Origin: Torpedo marmorata
Lineage: Eukaryota
DNA length: 64,000 nt
Assembly (NCBI GenBank): GCA_977017645.1
Contig: OZ360219.1
Span: forward strand, 22,692,001-22,756,000
Reading direction: 5' to 3'
A model generated the notes under the pieces. It made no database searches. It saw only the letters and a program-made list of their open reading frames with translations, and had not been told where the DNA came from. Each line of letters opens with the position of its first letter. Within the stretch, counting starts at the first letter, position 1. This document shows, piece after piece, positions 48,557 to 61,957 of the stretch. A program made the position numbers and the translations under genes.

Positions 48557-49557
48557 TGTTACGAACTAACAAACCCTGTTAGTACTAACAAAGGAACAGC
48601 AATGGTAAATTGAAAATAATAGTTTTTATTAAACTATTAATAACATAACATTTCTTACTTATCTCTAAACTTAACTCTAACTTAAACCTCACTATGCGCA
48701 AATGTAAATGTGTGTGTTAAAGTTTAAACTTGATTCTGAAAAGTCAATTTTTAAAGTCCAGTTTCAAACTTCTTTTGTTGAACTTCAGGATCCCTTTAAA
48801 TTGTTTCAGAAGTAATTATAAAGCAAAAGAGAAGCATCCGATTTCTTTCAAACTCATGTCTTTTGATGAGTTGTCTTTGAGAGATCGTCTTCATACGAGT
48901 GTTTTCACAAGTTTTCCCCTATCTTGTTAAGGTTACGGAACTGTGATCTTCACAATGATTTCTTTCTTAATCAGGAGTGGTCTTACTTATTTTAAAAGCC
49001 ACTTATGTTGTGTATCTCCTATGATAAGGATAATACACAAAACAGCACCTCTATCTATTTCAGAGATCACTACTTCAAATTCTGTCTTTCCAGAAAGTCA
49101 AATTTCTTCAGTCTGGTTCAATCTGATTCAAAATGTCTCTCTGCCGTCAGTAAATAGTTCTCTGACATCATGTGACATGACATCATCACAGTTTCAGTTT
49201 CATTTCTGCAAAACCTTTTGCCTTCCTTCAAAACCACTTCATATCCATAAAAACATCTGACCTCATCTCTGTTTAAGTGGTTATGTTTCCACAAAGTCTG
49301 GCACATGTCACTCAAATGGCACTTGAGTTTGCAACAGCATAATGCTTTTAAGAACCACACATTGTCCTGAAATCCATTAAGATCCAGACGCTGCGACTCT
49401 AAGCTGACACTTTTTCTCTTAGTGCAGTGGTATATCTGGAAATGTGATGTGACCTGTGTGTGACCCTGTACCATCCCACAACTAACCTTACCAAAAATAT
49501 ATATATTTCTATAATTTAACTTTAAATATTAATATTAACTTTAACACTTCCATTACA
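48557..49557 (-). mobile_element. Probable solo LTR related to the Gmr1-type LTR
   Basis: Minus-strand end aataaa...ttttcaatttacc...gtaaca resembles the end of LTR 7504-8362. Other end uncertain; no TSD found. Confidence 0.4.
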
Positions 49558-49620
49558 AAGGGCTTCAGGTTTTCCAATCTTAAATCTCTATTGCTTGACT
49601 AATATTTTAGGCAGTACAGT

Positions 49621-49882
49621 TGTTGTAATGTGAGCTGTTTTGAAAGTGAGGCTGGTTCCGGAGTAAGGGAGGGGTTTTACTTCCTGTTTTCTTTTACTTC
49701 CGATGTGCCTTGTATATAGCTTCGAGACCATGCCGTGTGTTCCAGAGGAAAAACACAGAGGAAGAAAATGAGCCTCTGTATATGTATGGTTTTGCTGTTC
49801 CAGATGAAGTTGTTCTTTTGAGCTTGAAGTTGGCTGGCCATCAGTTGTCGAGTGGTCCTTTTTCAAAGTAGAAGTTTCCACA
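49621..49882 (+). repeat. Gypsy 5' LTR
   Basis: TGT...ACA, direct repeat of 54035-54278. Confidence 0.92.
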
Positions 49883-49888
49883 TATTTT

Positions 49889-49899
49889 TGGCGACAAGG
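49889..49899 (+). promoter_or_regulatory. Primer-binding site, tRNA-Ser(GCU)-like
   Basis: tggcgacaagg just after the 5' LTR, one mismatch from TGGCGACGAGG. Confidence 0.65.
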
Positions 49900-49953
49900 T
49901 GAACTGGTTTTGTGGAAATGTCGACCCGTTTCGAACCGGAGCTGTGCGTTTGG

Positions 49954-52900
49954 ATGGCTACGTTCAGGATTATCAGTGAATTCGTGAAAGGAAATTAGGA
50001 TTGGCCGGAGTATGAGGAAAGGTTGGGACACTTTTTCTGTGCTAATGGAATTACGGAGGAGGCTAAGAAGCACTCTACGCTCCTGAGTGTGTGTGGGGCA
50101 AAGACTTACAAGTTGATAAGGAACTTAGCCAGACCGCAGAAACCGGGGGAAATTCTATTTGACGAACTGGTCAAGCTCGTGGGGAACCACCACAATCCGA
50201 AACCTTCTGTTATAGTCCAACGGTTTAAGTTTCACAGCCTTTTCAGAAAGCCAGGTCAGTCTGTGGCCAATTTTGTGGCCGAGCTTCGGCAGCTATCGGA
50301 GCACTGTAATTTCGAGACAGTATTGAATGATATGCTCCGTGATAGATTGGTATGCGGCATTAATAATGACGCCATACAACGCCGCTTGTTGGGGGAAACC
50401 CCACCACTGACTTTCAAGAAATCCCTAGAGATTGCCCAAGGCATGGAGATGGCTGCTAATAATGCCAAGGATATCCAGAAAGGACATGGGGGGTCGCAGT
50501 CAGCGGCAGTGTACCAAGTCAGGAGGGAGAATGGTATACAGGCAAAGCGGGTGGAATGTTTTCGGTGTGGAGGGACGCACTATGCAAATGATTGCAATTT
50601 CAAAGGCACTGTCTGCTATGGTTGTAGTAAAAAGAAGAAGCAGATGAAGCGTGTGCTTACAATATGTTTGGAGTGGAAACAGATGAGGAACCACCTGAAC
50701 CATATTCTGCCACAGTCACTGTCAGGGGAAAGGATATTAAGTTTGAGATTGATTCAGGGGCCACAGCATCGGTCATCAGTGAGGAGCCCTACAGGAGGAC
50801 ATGGGGGTCCAACCTGCCTCCCATTAGACCATCAAAGCTCAAACTCAGGACCTATACGGGGCAGCCCATACCTCATTTAGGGGTGTTATATGTGGATATT
50901 TTAGCCGGGGTCAGAAGACGGAAGCCAGGCTGCTGATAGCTAAGGGTAGCTGGCCCAGTCTTTTGGGCCGCGATTGGCTTCGCAAATTCCGTCTCAATTG
51001 GCATGAAATTAAGTATGCGCACTCAGCGGAGGACATTCTGCAGCAGTACAGTGACGTTTTCAGGGATGAGCTGGGCACATTGAAGGGCGTGACAGTGAAA
51101 CTCAATGTTAACCCTGAGGCTACACCACGTTTTTTTAAGCCCAGGGCTACGCCATGAAAGACAAGGAACTGAAACGTTTCAGTGGTTGGGCATCATTGAG
51201 TCCATCCAGTTTTAAAGGTGGGCGGCTCCCATTGTTCCAGTTTTGAAGGCAGACAAAATGGTGAGGATATGTGGGGACTATAAGCTTACGGTGAATCAGG
51301 TCTCTAAGCTGGAGGAGTACCCATTGCCACGGGTGGGTGACCTGTTTGTGACCTTGTCAGGGGGTAAGCTATTCACAAAGCTGGACATGAGCCACGCTTA
51401 CCCGAAACGTCGGTTATGTATTTCTACCTTTGCTACATAAAAGACACTGCTGAGTTTCTGCAGCATGTGTTTTTTACTTACCAACAGCTGCTGCTCGACA
51501 AGGATTCAAAGGAGTACACACATAAGGGATTATTTAAATACAATTACCTAGTGTTTGGAGTGGCGTCCAGCACCGCCATTTTCCAAAGGACAATGGACAC
51601 CTTGCTGCAGGGGATTCCAAACGTAGCGGTGTAACTGGATGATATTTTGATCACGGGGGCCACGGAGGTGGAGCATCTGGCTAACTTGGAACAGGTGTTG
51701 AAGAGGCTCTCAGATGCAGGGCTGCGATTGAAACGCGGCAAATGTGTGATCCTGGCACCAAGCGTAACCTACCTGGGACACAAGATCACTGCTGAGGGTT
51801 CTGCCCGGTGGAGGACAAAGTGAGAGCTATCAAGAAGGCCTCAAGCCCAAAGAGAGTCACGGAACTTAGATCATTTTTGGGCATGGTGAATTATTATGGC
51901 AAGTTTCTTCCTGACCTCTCAAGGGTTTTGGCCCCCCTGTACAAGCTGTTTCACAATAACACCAAGTGGCAGTGGAGTGAAGAGCAGGAGGAAGCTTTCA
52001 AGGACGTGAAAGAACTCCTCCACTTAGCGAAGCTGCTGGTTCACTATGAGCCAGAAAAGGAGATCACCCTTTCATGTGACGCCTCACCCTATGGAGTAGG
52101 GACAGTTCTCTCACATGTAATGGAGGACCGTTCAGAGAAGCCTATTGGTTTTGCTTCACGTACCCTGACGGCTGCTGAGAAGGGATATCCACAGCTAGAC
52201 AAAGAAGGTCTGGCCATTGTTTTTGCGGTCAAACATTTTCATCAGTACCTCTGTGGACGTGCATTCACAATTTATACGGATCATAAACCACTGATGAGCC
52301 TGTTCAGTGAGACCAGATGCGTCCCACCGCTGGCCTCAGCTAGGATACAGCGTTGGGCTCTCAAATTGTCAGCTTACCAGTACACTATTGTGTACAGAGC
52401 AGGTGGGTATAATGCAAATGCTGATGCTCTGAGTCGTCTACCTTTACCTGAGACACCGGATACTACATATGTGCCTCCAGAGACAGTTTTCACTGGAGAG
52501 GCTGTCAGAGACACCTGTAAAGGCGACTCAGATAAAGCAGTGTACAGAGAGGGACCCAGTCCTGTCTCAAGTCAAGACGTTCCTTTTACAAGGATGGCCC
52601 AGTATCGTGGAAGGAGAAGAACTGAAGCCTTATGCCAAACATAAGACAGAATTGAGTCTGCAGGATGGCTGCATTTTCTGGGGGGGGCGAGGGTCATCGT
52701 GCCTCCCCCTGGCCGTTCAAAGATTGTGAAGGAAGCTCATGAGACTCATCCAGGGGTGTCTCGAATGAAAGGTCTTGCAAGATCCTACGTCTGGTGGCCA
52801 AGAAAGGATAAGGATCTGGAGAACAAGGTAAAATCATGCACGCAATATCAAATCAATCAGAAAATGCCACCAGCAGCTCCTTTGCACCCATGGGAGTGGC

Positions 52901-53866
52901 CAGACCGCCCCTGGTCTAGGCTACATTTGGACTTTGCTGGCCCTTTTATGGGGCAGATGTTTCTAATAATGGTGGATGTGCATTCCAAATGGATAGAAGC
53001 TCACATCATGGGCAACATGCAGCCCACTCAACCATAGAGAAACTCAGGCAAGTATTTGCAGTCCAGGGGTTGCCTGACACTCTGGTCACTGATAATGGCC
53101 CGACGTTTACCATTGAGCTGTTCAGTGAGTTCCTGCAGCAGAATGGCATTCATCACATTCGGACGGCCCCTTTCCACCCAGCCACAAATGATTTGGCTGA
53201 GCGGGATGTTCAGACAGTGAAGGAAGGTCTGAAGAGGATGACAGGGGACTCTCTTAGCATCAGGCTTTCACGTTTCTTGTTTAGATACCGCCTTACACCG
53301 CAGACTACAACTGCACGCACTCCAGCGGAGATGCTGATGGGGCGTAGGCCCAAGTCAAGATTGGACCTGCTGCGCCCGGACATGAAGGTAAGAGTGGAGA
53401 GAAAGCAGGAAAAGCAGAAGGAGGGACATGATCAACATGCGCGAGAAAGACAGTTAAAACCAGATGACAATGTCTATGTGAGAAACAATCAGCAATGGCT
53501 ACCCGGGGTTATTCTTCAGCAGAGTGGGCCCGCCTCCTATGTTGTCAAGCTGACTGATGGACGTGTTTTCCGCAGACATCAGGACCATGTGCGCTTGCGT
53601 CATGATACATACTCACAGGCAGACAGTTCCATGGAGTTTCCAATGGTGAGACAGACTACTGTGGAAGTGTGTTCCCCAGTGACTTTGCCAGAGAGAGATG
53701 CTGGCAGAGGGGTCTGGGTCCCCTGAAGAGGATGGACATTCCCACACAGACCCCTTTTATGCCCCCAACACCAGATCCGCCCAAAACACCTTCGTCACCT
53801 GGGTCATCGGGGGAAGTGTGCAGATCACAGCACACTCGCAAACCTCCTAATAGACTGAATTTTTGA
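49954..53866 (+). pseudogene. Gypsy gag-pol with multiple frameshifts and stops
   Basis: ORF fragments from 50023-50880 through 52989-53726 carry successive gag, PR, RT, RH and IN motifs. Confidence 0.85.
51403..51476 (+). mobile_element. 74-bp Penelope tail inserted in the Gypsy RT
   Basis: Interrupts KLDMSHAY|QQL; matches the 20756-20840 terminus; TSD cttacc 51397-51402 / 51477-51482. Confidence 0.85.
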
Positions 53867-54034
53867 TTGGACAGTTTTTTTAGTAGACTGAATGTGGAAT
53901 TTGCCACGTTTTTCAGATATTTTTATATTGTTAAATTGTTGCTGAGACGTTATTATAAGTTTTAGGAGTACACAAGCTAATGACACCATTGTTCTTTTAT
54001 ATTTGGGGCATGTTGGATTTTAAGGGGGGAGAAG

Positions 54035-54278
54035 TGTTGTAATGTGAGCTATTTTGAAAGTGAGGGAGGGGTTTTACTTCCTGTTTTCTTTTACTTCCGG
54101 TGTGCCTTGTATATAGCTTCGAGACCATGCCATATGTTCCAGAGGAAAAACACAGAGGAAGAAAATAAGCCTCTGTATTGTATGGTTTTGCTGTTCCAGA
54201 TAAAGTTGTTCTTTTGAGCTTGAAGTTGGCTGGCCATCAGTTGTCGAGAGGTCCTTTTTCAAAGTAGAAGTTACCACA
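54035..54278 (+). repeat. Gypsy 3' LTR
   Basis: Follows the PPT; has a ~17-bp deletion relative to the 5' LTR. Confidence 0.92.
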
Positions 54279-55727
54279 ATAGTAATAAAGTAGAGAAACA
54301 AAAACTGCACTCATAAAGATGTTTTGGTTCAGAGTTGAAACAGTAGGAGTTTGTCTTTTATTGGAAGCCATGTAAGGGTCTTTGCAGTTACCTTAAAATT
54401 ATGCTTTGAAGTGAAAGCCTTTGAGTGACAGAGGAATTTTTTTTGTTTCTTTTAATTCTCCAAGTAAATGACATGAAGGCATTTCTGCTTTCCAACAGGC
54501 AGCAAAGCGACAGGGTCTCAAGAGACATTTTTTATACTGGCTGTAAAATGCTGGGCTGGCATTGTCCCTACTTTAACAACAAATGGACATCACTCATCAA
54601 TTACCATTTGACTTTGCTTTAATGTTTGTTCAAGGGAAATGGGTGGGGAATAATAGCAATGAATTTGTCCATTCACTATTTGGTTATGATGCATGTACAA
54701 TGTTTGCATGCAGGTGGGAAAAACTCACTTACATTCCATCTACTTTCTCCAAAATGAAGTCCCTTTTCCGAATAGTCAAAACATTCAAGCAATCATCAAA
54801 ATAAATTTTAGTTTGAGCAGTGATGCTTCCTGCTAGTGACATTGACTGATTTTATTTTTGTGACGGCTGATGCAGATACCAATGATGGTTCAATTTTCTA
54901 TGTATTATGCAGTTTCTGTTTAACTTTTTGTTAATACTTGCAAAAGTTTAAATTTGAGCATAAAATTTCCACTATATTACACATCCCAAGTAAAATTCAA
55001 ATGGATCTACTAGAAAGTGTTAAAAGTCAGATGTTAAACTGATGGGTTAGATTTGGGTTTAAATGATTCAATGCAATACAGTACCAGAAACTGGGTACTT
55101 AAACAATTGTCACATTATGTTTGATGTCAATTTGCTACAATTACGGTGCGGAATACACCCACATATTTTCAAACAAAACATCCAACTCACCAATAGAAAA
55201 CTGCAGTTCAAGTGAATGTGTCATTATTAATATTAATAGGCCTGGGTTTCTTTTGAAATTAGATTTCAGTACAAGTGTCTTTAATTCGCCCCCACCCCAA
55301 TCGCGGGGGTAAGAAAAATCAAGAGTCGCTTCCAACAAACGCTGCAAATTTTGCGCACCCGATGTTGTGGGACATATTGTGATGCCCTGCATTTCCAGTC
55401 CAGCATCCTTTTTTGCACTGGATTTGTTTGGCCCCTCGCTGAATAGTTGCCGATTTGCTTTCCTTTTTTTTGGTAATATTTTATTTATCATTTTAAATAT
55501 ATTTAACAATCAACAATCATACCAAATACAAAACATCAAGAGAACCCATCCCTCCACCCCCTCCCCTCTATATAAGTCCTATTAAACAGAGAAAGAACGA
55601 AGAAAAAGAAACACAAAAAAAGCATCCCATTGTCAGTGCGTACAGTAAAACATATGGAGACACGATAATACCACAATATTAAAATCTTTACAGAGGTCTA
55701 CTGGCTAGCCAGTAGCAATCGTATATC

Positions 55728-58700
55728 CTATATTGGCGCCAGTGAGGTACCAAAATGCTCTAAGTAAGGCTGTCAGATTTTTAGGAAGGTGTTATATCCC
55801 TTCCTGAGATTGTATGTAACCTTTTCAAGTGGGATGCAGCTATTCATCTCCGAAGACCACCTATCCATGAGTAGATGGGAGTCAGATTTCCATGTTACTG
55901 CTATGCATTTCCTGGCCACACATAAGGCAATTTCTGTAAATTTTATTTGAGAATTTGTTAATGATCTACAAACCGTGGTAAAGTTCCCCAAAAGACAAAG
56001 CCCTGGGTCTACTGGGAAGGTGACTCCCGTGATCTTAGTTAGGGTGTCACAGAGGTCATACCAGAAGGGCCTCACCTTCGTGTAAAGCCAGTTAGAATGT
56101 AAGAAGGAACCAACCTCTATACCACACCTAAAACACATCTCTGATAATTCAGGTTTATATTGGTGTAATTTCTGTGGGGTGAGGTACAGTTGGTGGAGAA
56201 AATTATAATGGACAAATCTATACCTGGCATCGATAGTAGCCAACAAACTTCCCTGACATAGATCCGACCAGAGTTGTTCGTCAATTGTTGTGTCTAAGTC
56301 TGACTCCCATCTCACCCTAGACTTATGCAAACCTGGCTTTGGGCTCTCACTCATCAATAAAAAGTACATTCTAGAAATAAATATATACATTTCCTTCATG
56401 GAGTAGTTTCTCCTTTTCAGTGAGTCCCAGTAGAGTCATTTCAGGGCCCAAATTGGCCCTAAGGAAGGATCATAACTGGAGGTAGCAAAAAAAGGTCTTA
56501 TTGGACAAGTCATATTTCTTCCTCAGCTGTACAAATGACATGAAAAGTCCTTTTTCATAACAATTTTCCAGACGTTGTATCCCCTTATGATACCAGGCTT
56601 CCAAAATTTTATTGTTCAAAGTCATGGGTATAAGTTCATTTTGTCGTAAAGGTGTCCTCGGTGACAATCCTCTTTTCAGTCCAGAGCCTCCACAGGTATC
56701 ATACCATATTTTAACCAAGTGTTCTAAAATGGGGTTGTCTGTCCTGCTGCCTATAATTCTGGAATTCCATTTATACATGAAATCATTATATACCCTCTCT
56801 TTTAGAGAGTGCAATCCAATTTGTACCCAGGAGGGGGTATCGTCCCTCTCAAAAAATGAAGAAATGAATCTCATTTGGGCCGCCAAATAATATTTTTTGA
56901 AACTAGGCAACCGGATGCCTTCTAATCTATAATCCCATGTTAACTTTTCCATGGATATTCTGGGAACTTTAGTTCCAGATAAATTGCCTAACATGCTTAT
57001 TAAGGGTTTTAAAAAAGGTTTGAGGTAGTAGAATGGGCAAGGACTGGAAAAGGTACTGCAATCTTGGCAATATAGTCATCTTTACACAGTTGACTCTGCC
57101 AATTAGAGTGACGGGTAAATTCATCCACCTACTCAAGTCTTCTTCAATTTTACTAAGTAGCGGGAGGTAATTGAGTTTGTATAAATTCTGACGATCATCA
57201 TCCACCATTATTCCAAGATATTTGATGCCACCCGAGGGCCATTTGAATGGATGTTCGCTGGTACTCAGTGTGATCAAAATTTGTTAGTGGGATGATTTCA
57301 CTTTTTCACCAGTTTACCTTGTATCCTGAAACTTCGCCGTAGGCTTTTAATAGAATCTGTAAGTTACTAAGGGAATTAATCGGATCTGTTAAGTACAGGA
57401 TTACATTGTCTGCCATAAGATTAATTTTGTGGTTTGTCTTACCCACCATAAAACCCTCTATCTCCGCGTCTTGTCTAATTGCCTCTGCAAAGGGCTCAAT
57501 AGCCAAGACAAAATGCCCTGGAGATAAGGGGCAACCCTGTCGACTCGATCTGCTCAAAGGGAACGCTGCCGAGATCTGTCCATTAGTGGCGACTCTAGCT
57601 TTGGGTCTGTAATAAAGAGTTTTAACCCAATTAATGAACAGTTGCCCAAATCCAAGCTTGGTCAAGACACTAAATAAATATGGCCATTCCAGCCTGTCAA
57701 AGGCTTTCTCAGCATCCAGAGCCACAGCTACACTTGGTTAAGCCTTAGACTTTGCATAGTGGATAATACTGAAGAGCCTACACAGGTTGTTGGCTGACCA
57801 ATGTTTCAAAATAAAGCCGCTCTGGTCTGGATTTATTAATTTCGGCAAGTATTGACCAAGCCTGTTAGCCATGGCCTTAGAAATCAATTTGTAATCTGAG
57901 TTTAGTAATGAAATGGGTCAAAATGAGGAGCATTTCAATGGGTCCCTGTTTTTTTTTAATGAATCACAGTAATTATGGCAGTAGAAAATGATTCAGGGAG
58001 AGTTTGGGTTTTAGATGCTGTTAATTATATCCATGATGAGGGGTATAAGTAGATCCTTAAATTCTCTATAAAATTCTAGCGGGAAACCGTCCTCCCCATG
58101 TGATTTATTGGACTGTAGTGAGCTCAAGGCTTTTTCAATTTCTTTTGAAGTAAAGGGGAGGTCCAAATTTGCTTGATCTTCTTGGTCAAGTTTGGGTAGT
58201 TCAACTGTGGATTAAAAGTTATCAATCCTAGTCTGGTCTTCTGGGGACTCTGATTTATATAGGTTTGTATAAAACTGTTTAAATGTATCATTGATTTCTG
58301 TTGGGTTATGTGAAACTGAGCCCATTTCAGTCTGGATTGAATTTATTGTTCTCGAACTCTCCTCTGCTCTCAATTGCCAGGACAAGACTTTGTGCTTTTT
58401 CTCCCAGTTCATAATATCTTTGTTTAGTTTTTAGGATGGTTTTTCCAATTTTATAAGAGTGCAGTGTATTGTACTTGAGTTTTTTGTTTACAAGCACTTT
58501 ATATGTTTCTTTGGAGCTGGACTATTGAAATTCCTTTTCCAATTGTAGAATTTCTGTTTCCGGTTCTTCTATGTCTGCCATGTGTTTCTTCTTAATACCT
58601 TTCGTATATGAGATTATCTGTCCCCTAACGTAGGCTTTTAATGTGTCCCATAGAATAAAACTATTGGGAGCAGAGGGACAGTTCATCTCACAGAACAGCT

Positions 58701-59500
58701 TTATCTGGTCTCTAATGAATTTGCAAAATTCTGGTTTTTGGAGTAAGGTAGGATTCAGACACCATCTGTATGAGTTAGTTGATTTTTCTGGCATTAAAAT
58801 AGAGAGAGTCAGAGGTGAATGATCCGACAAGGTTCTAGATAGGTATTCAGATTCTAATGTTCTGTGAATTAACTGTGTTGATAACAAAAAGAGGTCAATG
58901 CTAGTTTGGGAGTCATGAGGTGCGGAATAAAAGGAGTAGTCCCTGGTTTGAGGGTGTGCTTGCCTCCACACATCTGTCAAATTTAGATCTTTCATAAAAG
59001 CCAGTGGTTTTGGCCACTTTTATTTTGGATACTGTTTGCGTTGATTTGTCCAGAATGGGGTCCAAACAAAAATTGAAGTTACCCCCTACAAGTATATTTT
59101 GTCATCCCCCTGAAACCTTAAGGAAAATATCTTGAATAAAGGATTCATCATCATAATTAGGTGTGTATAGGTTTAAAAGTGTCCAGGACTCTGAGTAAAG
59201 CTGACAATTAACTAATACATATCGGCCTGATGGGTCAATGATAGTTTCTCCAATCGTTGCTGGTGTGTTTTTGTTTATCAGGATGGCTACCCCTCTGGCT
59301 TTGGAATTAAAAGATGACAATATTACATGTCCTACCCACTCTCTCCTTAGTTTCTTACGTTCCTGTGTAGTAAAGTGGGTTTCTTGTATAAAGGCACTAT
59401 CAGTTTTCATTTTTTTCAGGTGTGCCAGGACTCGTTTCCTTTTAACTGGTCCATTCAGCCCATTCACATTAAAGCTGACAAATTTCATTACCTTGTTCAT
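55728..59500 (-). pseudogene. L1 ORF2p, disrupted
   Basis: MNKVMKFVSFNVNGL, IQETH, SDHSP, LDAEKAFDR, QGCPLSP, CFRC, CIPLEKVTY. Confidence 0.88.
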
Positions 59501-59519
59501 TAAATAATAATCACATATA

Positions 59520-59679
59520 CCGTATATTTCGGCGTATAAGTCGAGTCTTGAAACCCTCAAAAATCTCTCAAAAAACGGGGGTCGACTTATACGCCGGATA
59601 TACAATAAAACCATTAAAATGAGGCTGAAAAAGGGGGGTCGACTTATCCGCGAGTCAACTTATACGCCGAAATATACGG
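59520..59679. mobile_element. 160-bp MITE derived from the pogo family seen at 12659-14818
   Basis: TA-flanked; same TIRs; equals the left ~84 bp joined to the right ~77 bp of the autonomous element; lies 19 bp upstream of the L1 ORF2 ATG. Confidence 0.93.
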
Positions 59680-60202
59680 TATATACCAAAGTGTTATGAC
59701 CTCCTGTAAAATCTCCATACGTAAAAATGTGTCTCCTGTGGCAAAGTAGCAAAAGATCAGATAAGGCACTGACGGTTGACAAATTTAAAAATAAGACTAA
59801 GAATAAGAATAAAAATAAAAATAAAAAGCCCCCCCTCCCCCCTCCCAATGCCGACCTCTGAACATTCGGCATTACCTCCCCCATTAGGCTGGGATGTGCA
59901 TCCTGCACTCACTAAGTACAGCATATCTGACTAACTCTTAAACATTTTACCCAGCACAGGGCTCCTATCTAAAAAATATAAACTATTATATAAGATTATT
60001 CAATTTTGAATACAACATTAAGTTGGTTTTTTTTTTTTTAAAAAACGCTCAACTCAGAAACAATTACTGTGAAAATCAGTCGCCATAAAAAACTAGTCAG
60101 TTTAAATTGGTTTAGATTGGAACTCGCCTATCTATTGTAGGTGGGAAAAGTGACTACAGTTTAAGGCACATATCCTCGGCAGTTCGTGAGGACCACGATT
60201 GC

Positions 60203-61083
60203 CTATCCTTTTCCTCCACCTGCTCTCGCTTGCCATTTCATTTTCCTCCTGGCCAAGAATGTCATCACTTCCCCGGGCACCTTGAAGAATCTCCTCCTTC
60301 CATCAGGGAGTACGACCCTCAGTGTTGCCGGGTGAAGCAAGGCAAATGGGATATTCTTAGACCGGAGCTCCTTCTTTACCTGGTCGAACTCCCTCCTCCT
60401 CTTCACTAGACCTGCACTTAGGTCGGGAAAAAATAGCACTGGCCTGTTGTCATACGTAATGGGGCCCTTGTCCTCTCTCGCTCGCCGCGCGGCGGTACAA
60501 AGAATTTTATCCCGGTCCTGATACCTCAACAGACGCAGATGTGCCAGGCGCAGAAACTCGATGGGCCGTTTCAATCACTATTGGTTCCCTAAAGTGTTCT
60601 CGTCCCAGAATGTCTGGGATCCAGCCTTTAAAAAATTCTACGGGATCCTTTCCCTCAGAGCCTTCCTTCAGGTTAACGATACGGACATTATTATACCTGT
60701 TGTAATTTTCTAGTTGGTCCACTTTTCCCAGCAGAAAGTCATTTTCCTTCCTTAGCGCCTCAAGGGAGGAGTCCATCTCTATTATTTGGTCCTCTACTGT
60801 CCCAACGCGCTCCTCTACGGCAGCCACTCGGGTGGTCAACTGGTTAAACATGACTTTAAGTCCTGAGATGGACTGGTTAATCTCCTCCATTTTGACATCT
60901 AATTTATTGGAGAGGGCTTCGTTACCTCTGAATCTCCTGAAGGAGGGCATGTAAATCCCCCTCCTTCAGTGGTTGCTGCAGAGCTGGCCCATGTAAATCC
61001 CCCTCCTTCAGTGGTTGCTCCTGAGCTGGCCCTGTGCCAGGGATGGATCTCTCTGCAGATCTCGAGGCTTTTGCGGCAGCCAT
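60203..61083 (-). pseudogene. L1 ORF1p (Transposase_22-like), frameshifted
   Basis: MAAAKAS..., coiled coil, LENYNRYNNVRIVNLKEGSE, IETAHRV, FFPDLSA, FALLHPATLRV. Confidence 0.85.
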
Positions 61084-61498
61084 CTTGCTGTTTTGCTGAC
61101 GTCCCTTTGCTGAGATGGATTCCACTAGCAAGGCTGGATTCTGGTCAGTAACTGTATTTCTTTATTTAATTCCTCATTTCTTGCTCATGCTCTAGGTATG
61201 TAACTAGTTTAAAGGTGATTTAAAGTGTTTTTAACGGTTTTAAACAGCCGTCATCTTGCCGTTTTGCCAAAGTCCCGTTGCTGGGATGAACTTCACTATT
61301 AAGGTTGAATTCTGGTCAGTACCTGTATTTCTTTGCTTGATTCTTCGTTTCTTACTCTTGGTTTAGCTGTTCAGCTAGTTTAAAGGCAATTTTGAGTGTT
61401 TTTAATGGTGTTTAACTGAATTCTTCTGAGGAGCCCTGGGGCTCGCGTCCTCCTATCTCCACTGCATCACGTGACCCCCCCCCACCTATTTGCTTTCC

Positions 61499-61957
61499 GA
61501 TGCAGCCTGCGTCTGCCTTGCTCGGGGCTCGTGCGGCTTCGGAGTTGCTGTGGGAATCCTGGGAGTTGGTGATGTCAGGCGGGCTGGGTCATTCGAAGGT
61601 TAGCAGCCTGGCTGAGGTTCAGAGAAAGTTCTCTCACATACATTAGGCAATGCAATCTTTTCACTGGGGCTGGGTTGACACAAGGAGTAGGAAGTAAGCC
61701 GGGCAAAAAAGCAGGCCGAGCCACTTCAGGAAAATCAAGAGGGGTGGACGGGGAAAGTTGGCGGCCGCGGAGTTGGCGGCGTCAGCGGATTCAAATCTGG
61801 CTGGGAACCAGGCAATTTGAGCCCGGACGGAGGACAGAGTGCCTCAAAAGCCGGACTGTCCTGCCTAAAACCGGACGTCTGGCCACCCAGACAGCGCCCC
61901 TCGGAGGTCTGCACCCTAGGCGGCTGCCTAGTTGGCCTAATGGTAGCGCCGGCCCTG
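61499..61957. mobile_element. Possible hAT-type non-autonomous remnant
   Basis: GC-rich stretch with ccggacgtctggccaccc and a terminal ccggccctg resembling hAT-type ends; no partner TIR or TSD found. Confidence 0.3.

Larger units (their letters stand above)
49621..54278 (+). mobile_element. Full-length degenerate Gypsy LTR retrotransposon (Mag-like; gag-PR-RT-RH-IN)
   Basis: LTRs 49621-49882 and 54035-54278; TSD acagt/atagt; PPT aaggggggagaag; motifs LRDRLVCG, CFRCGGTH, IDSGA, RICGDYK, CDASPYG, HLDFAGP, TDNGPTF. Confidence 0.93.
55464..61483 (-). mobile_element. Full-length degenerate L1 (5' UTR, ORF1, spacer, ORF2, polyA)
   Basis: Starts G9-tcacgtgatgc; TSD core atttgctttcc 55453-55463 / 61488-61498; ORF1 and ORF2 fragments are colinear. 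Confidence 0.92.
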
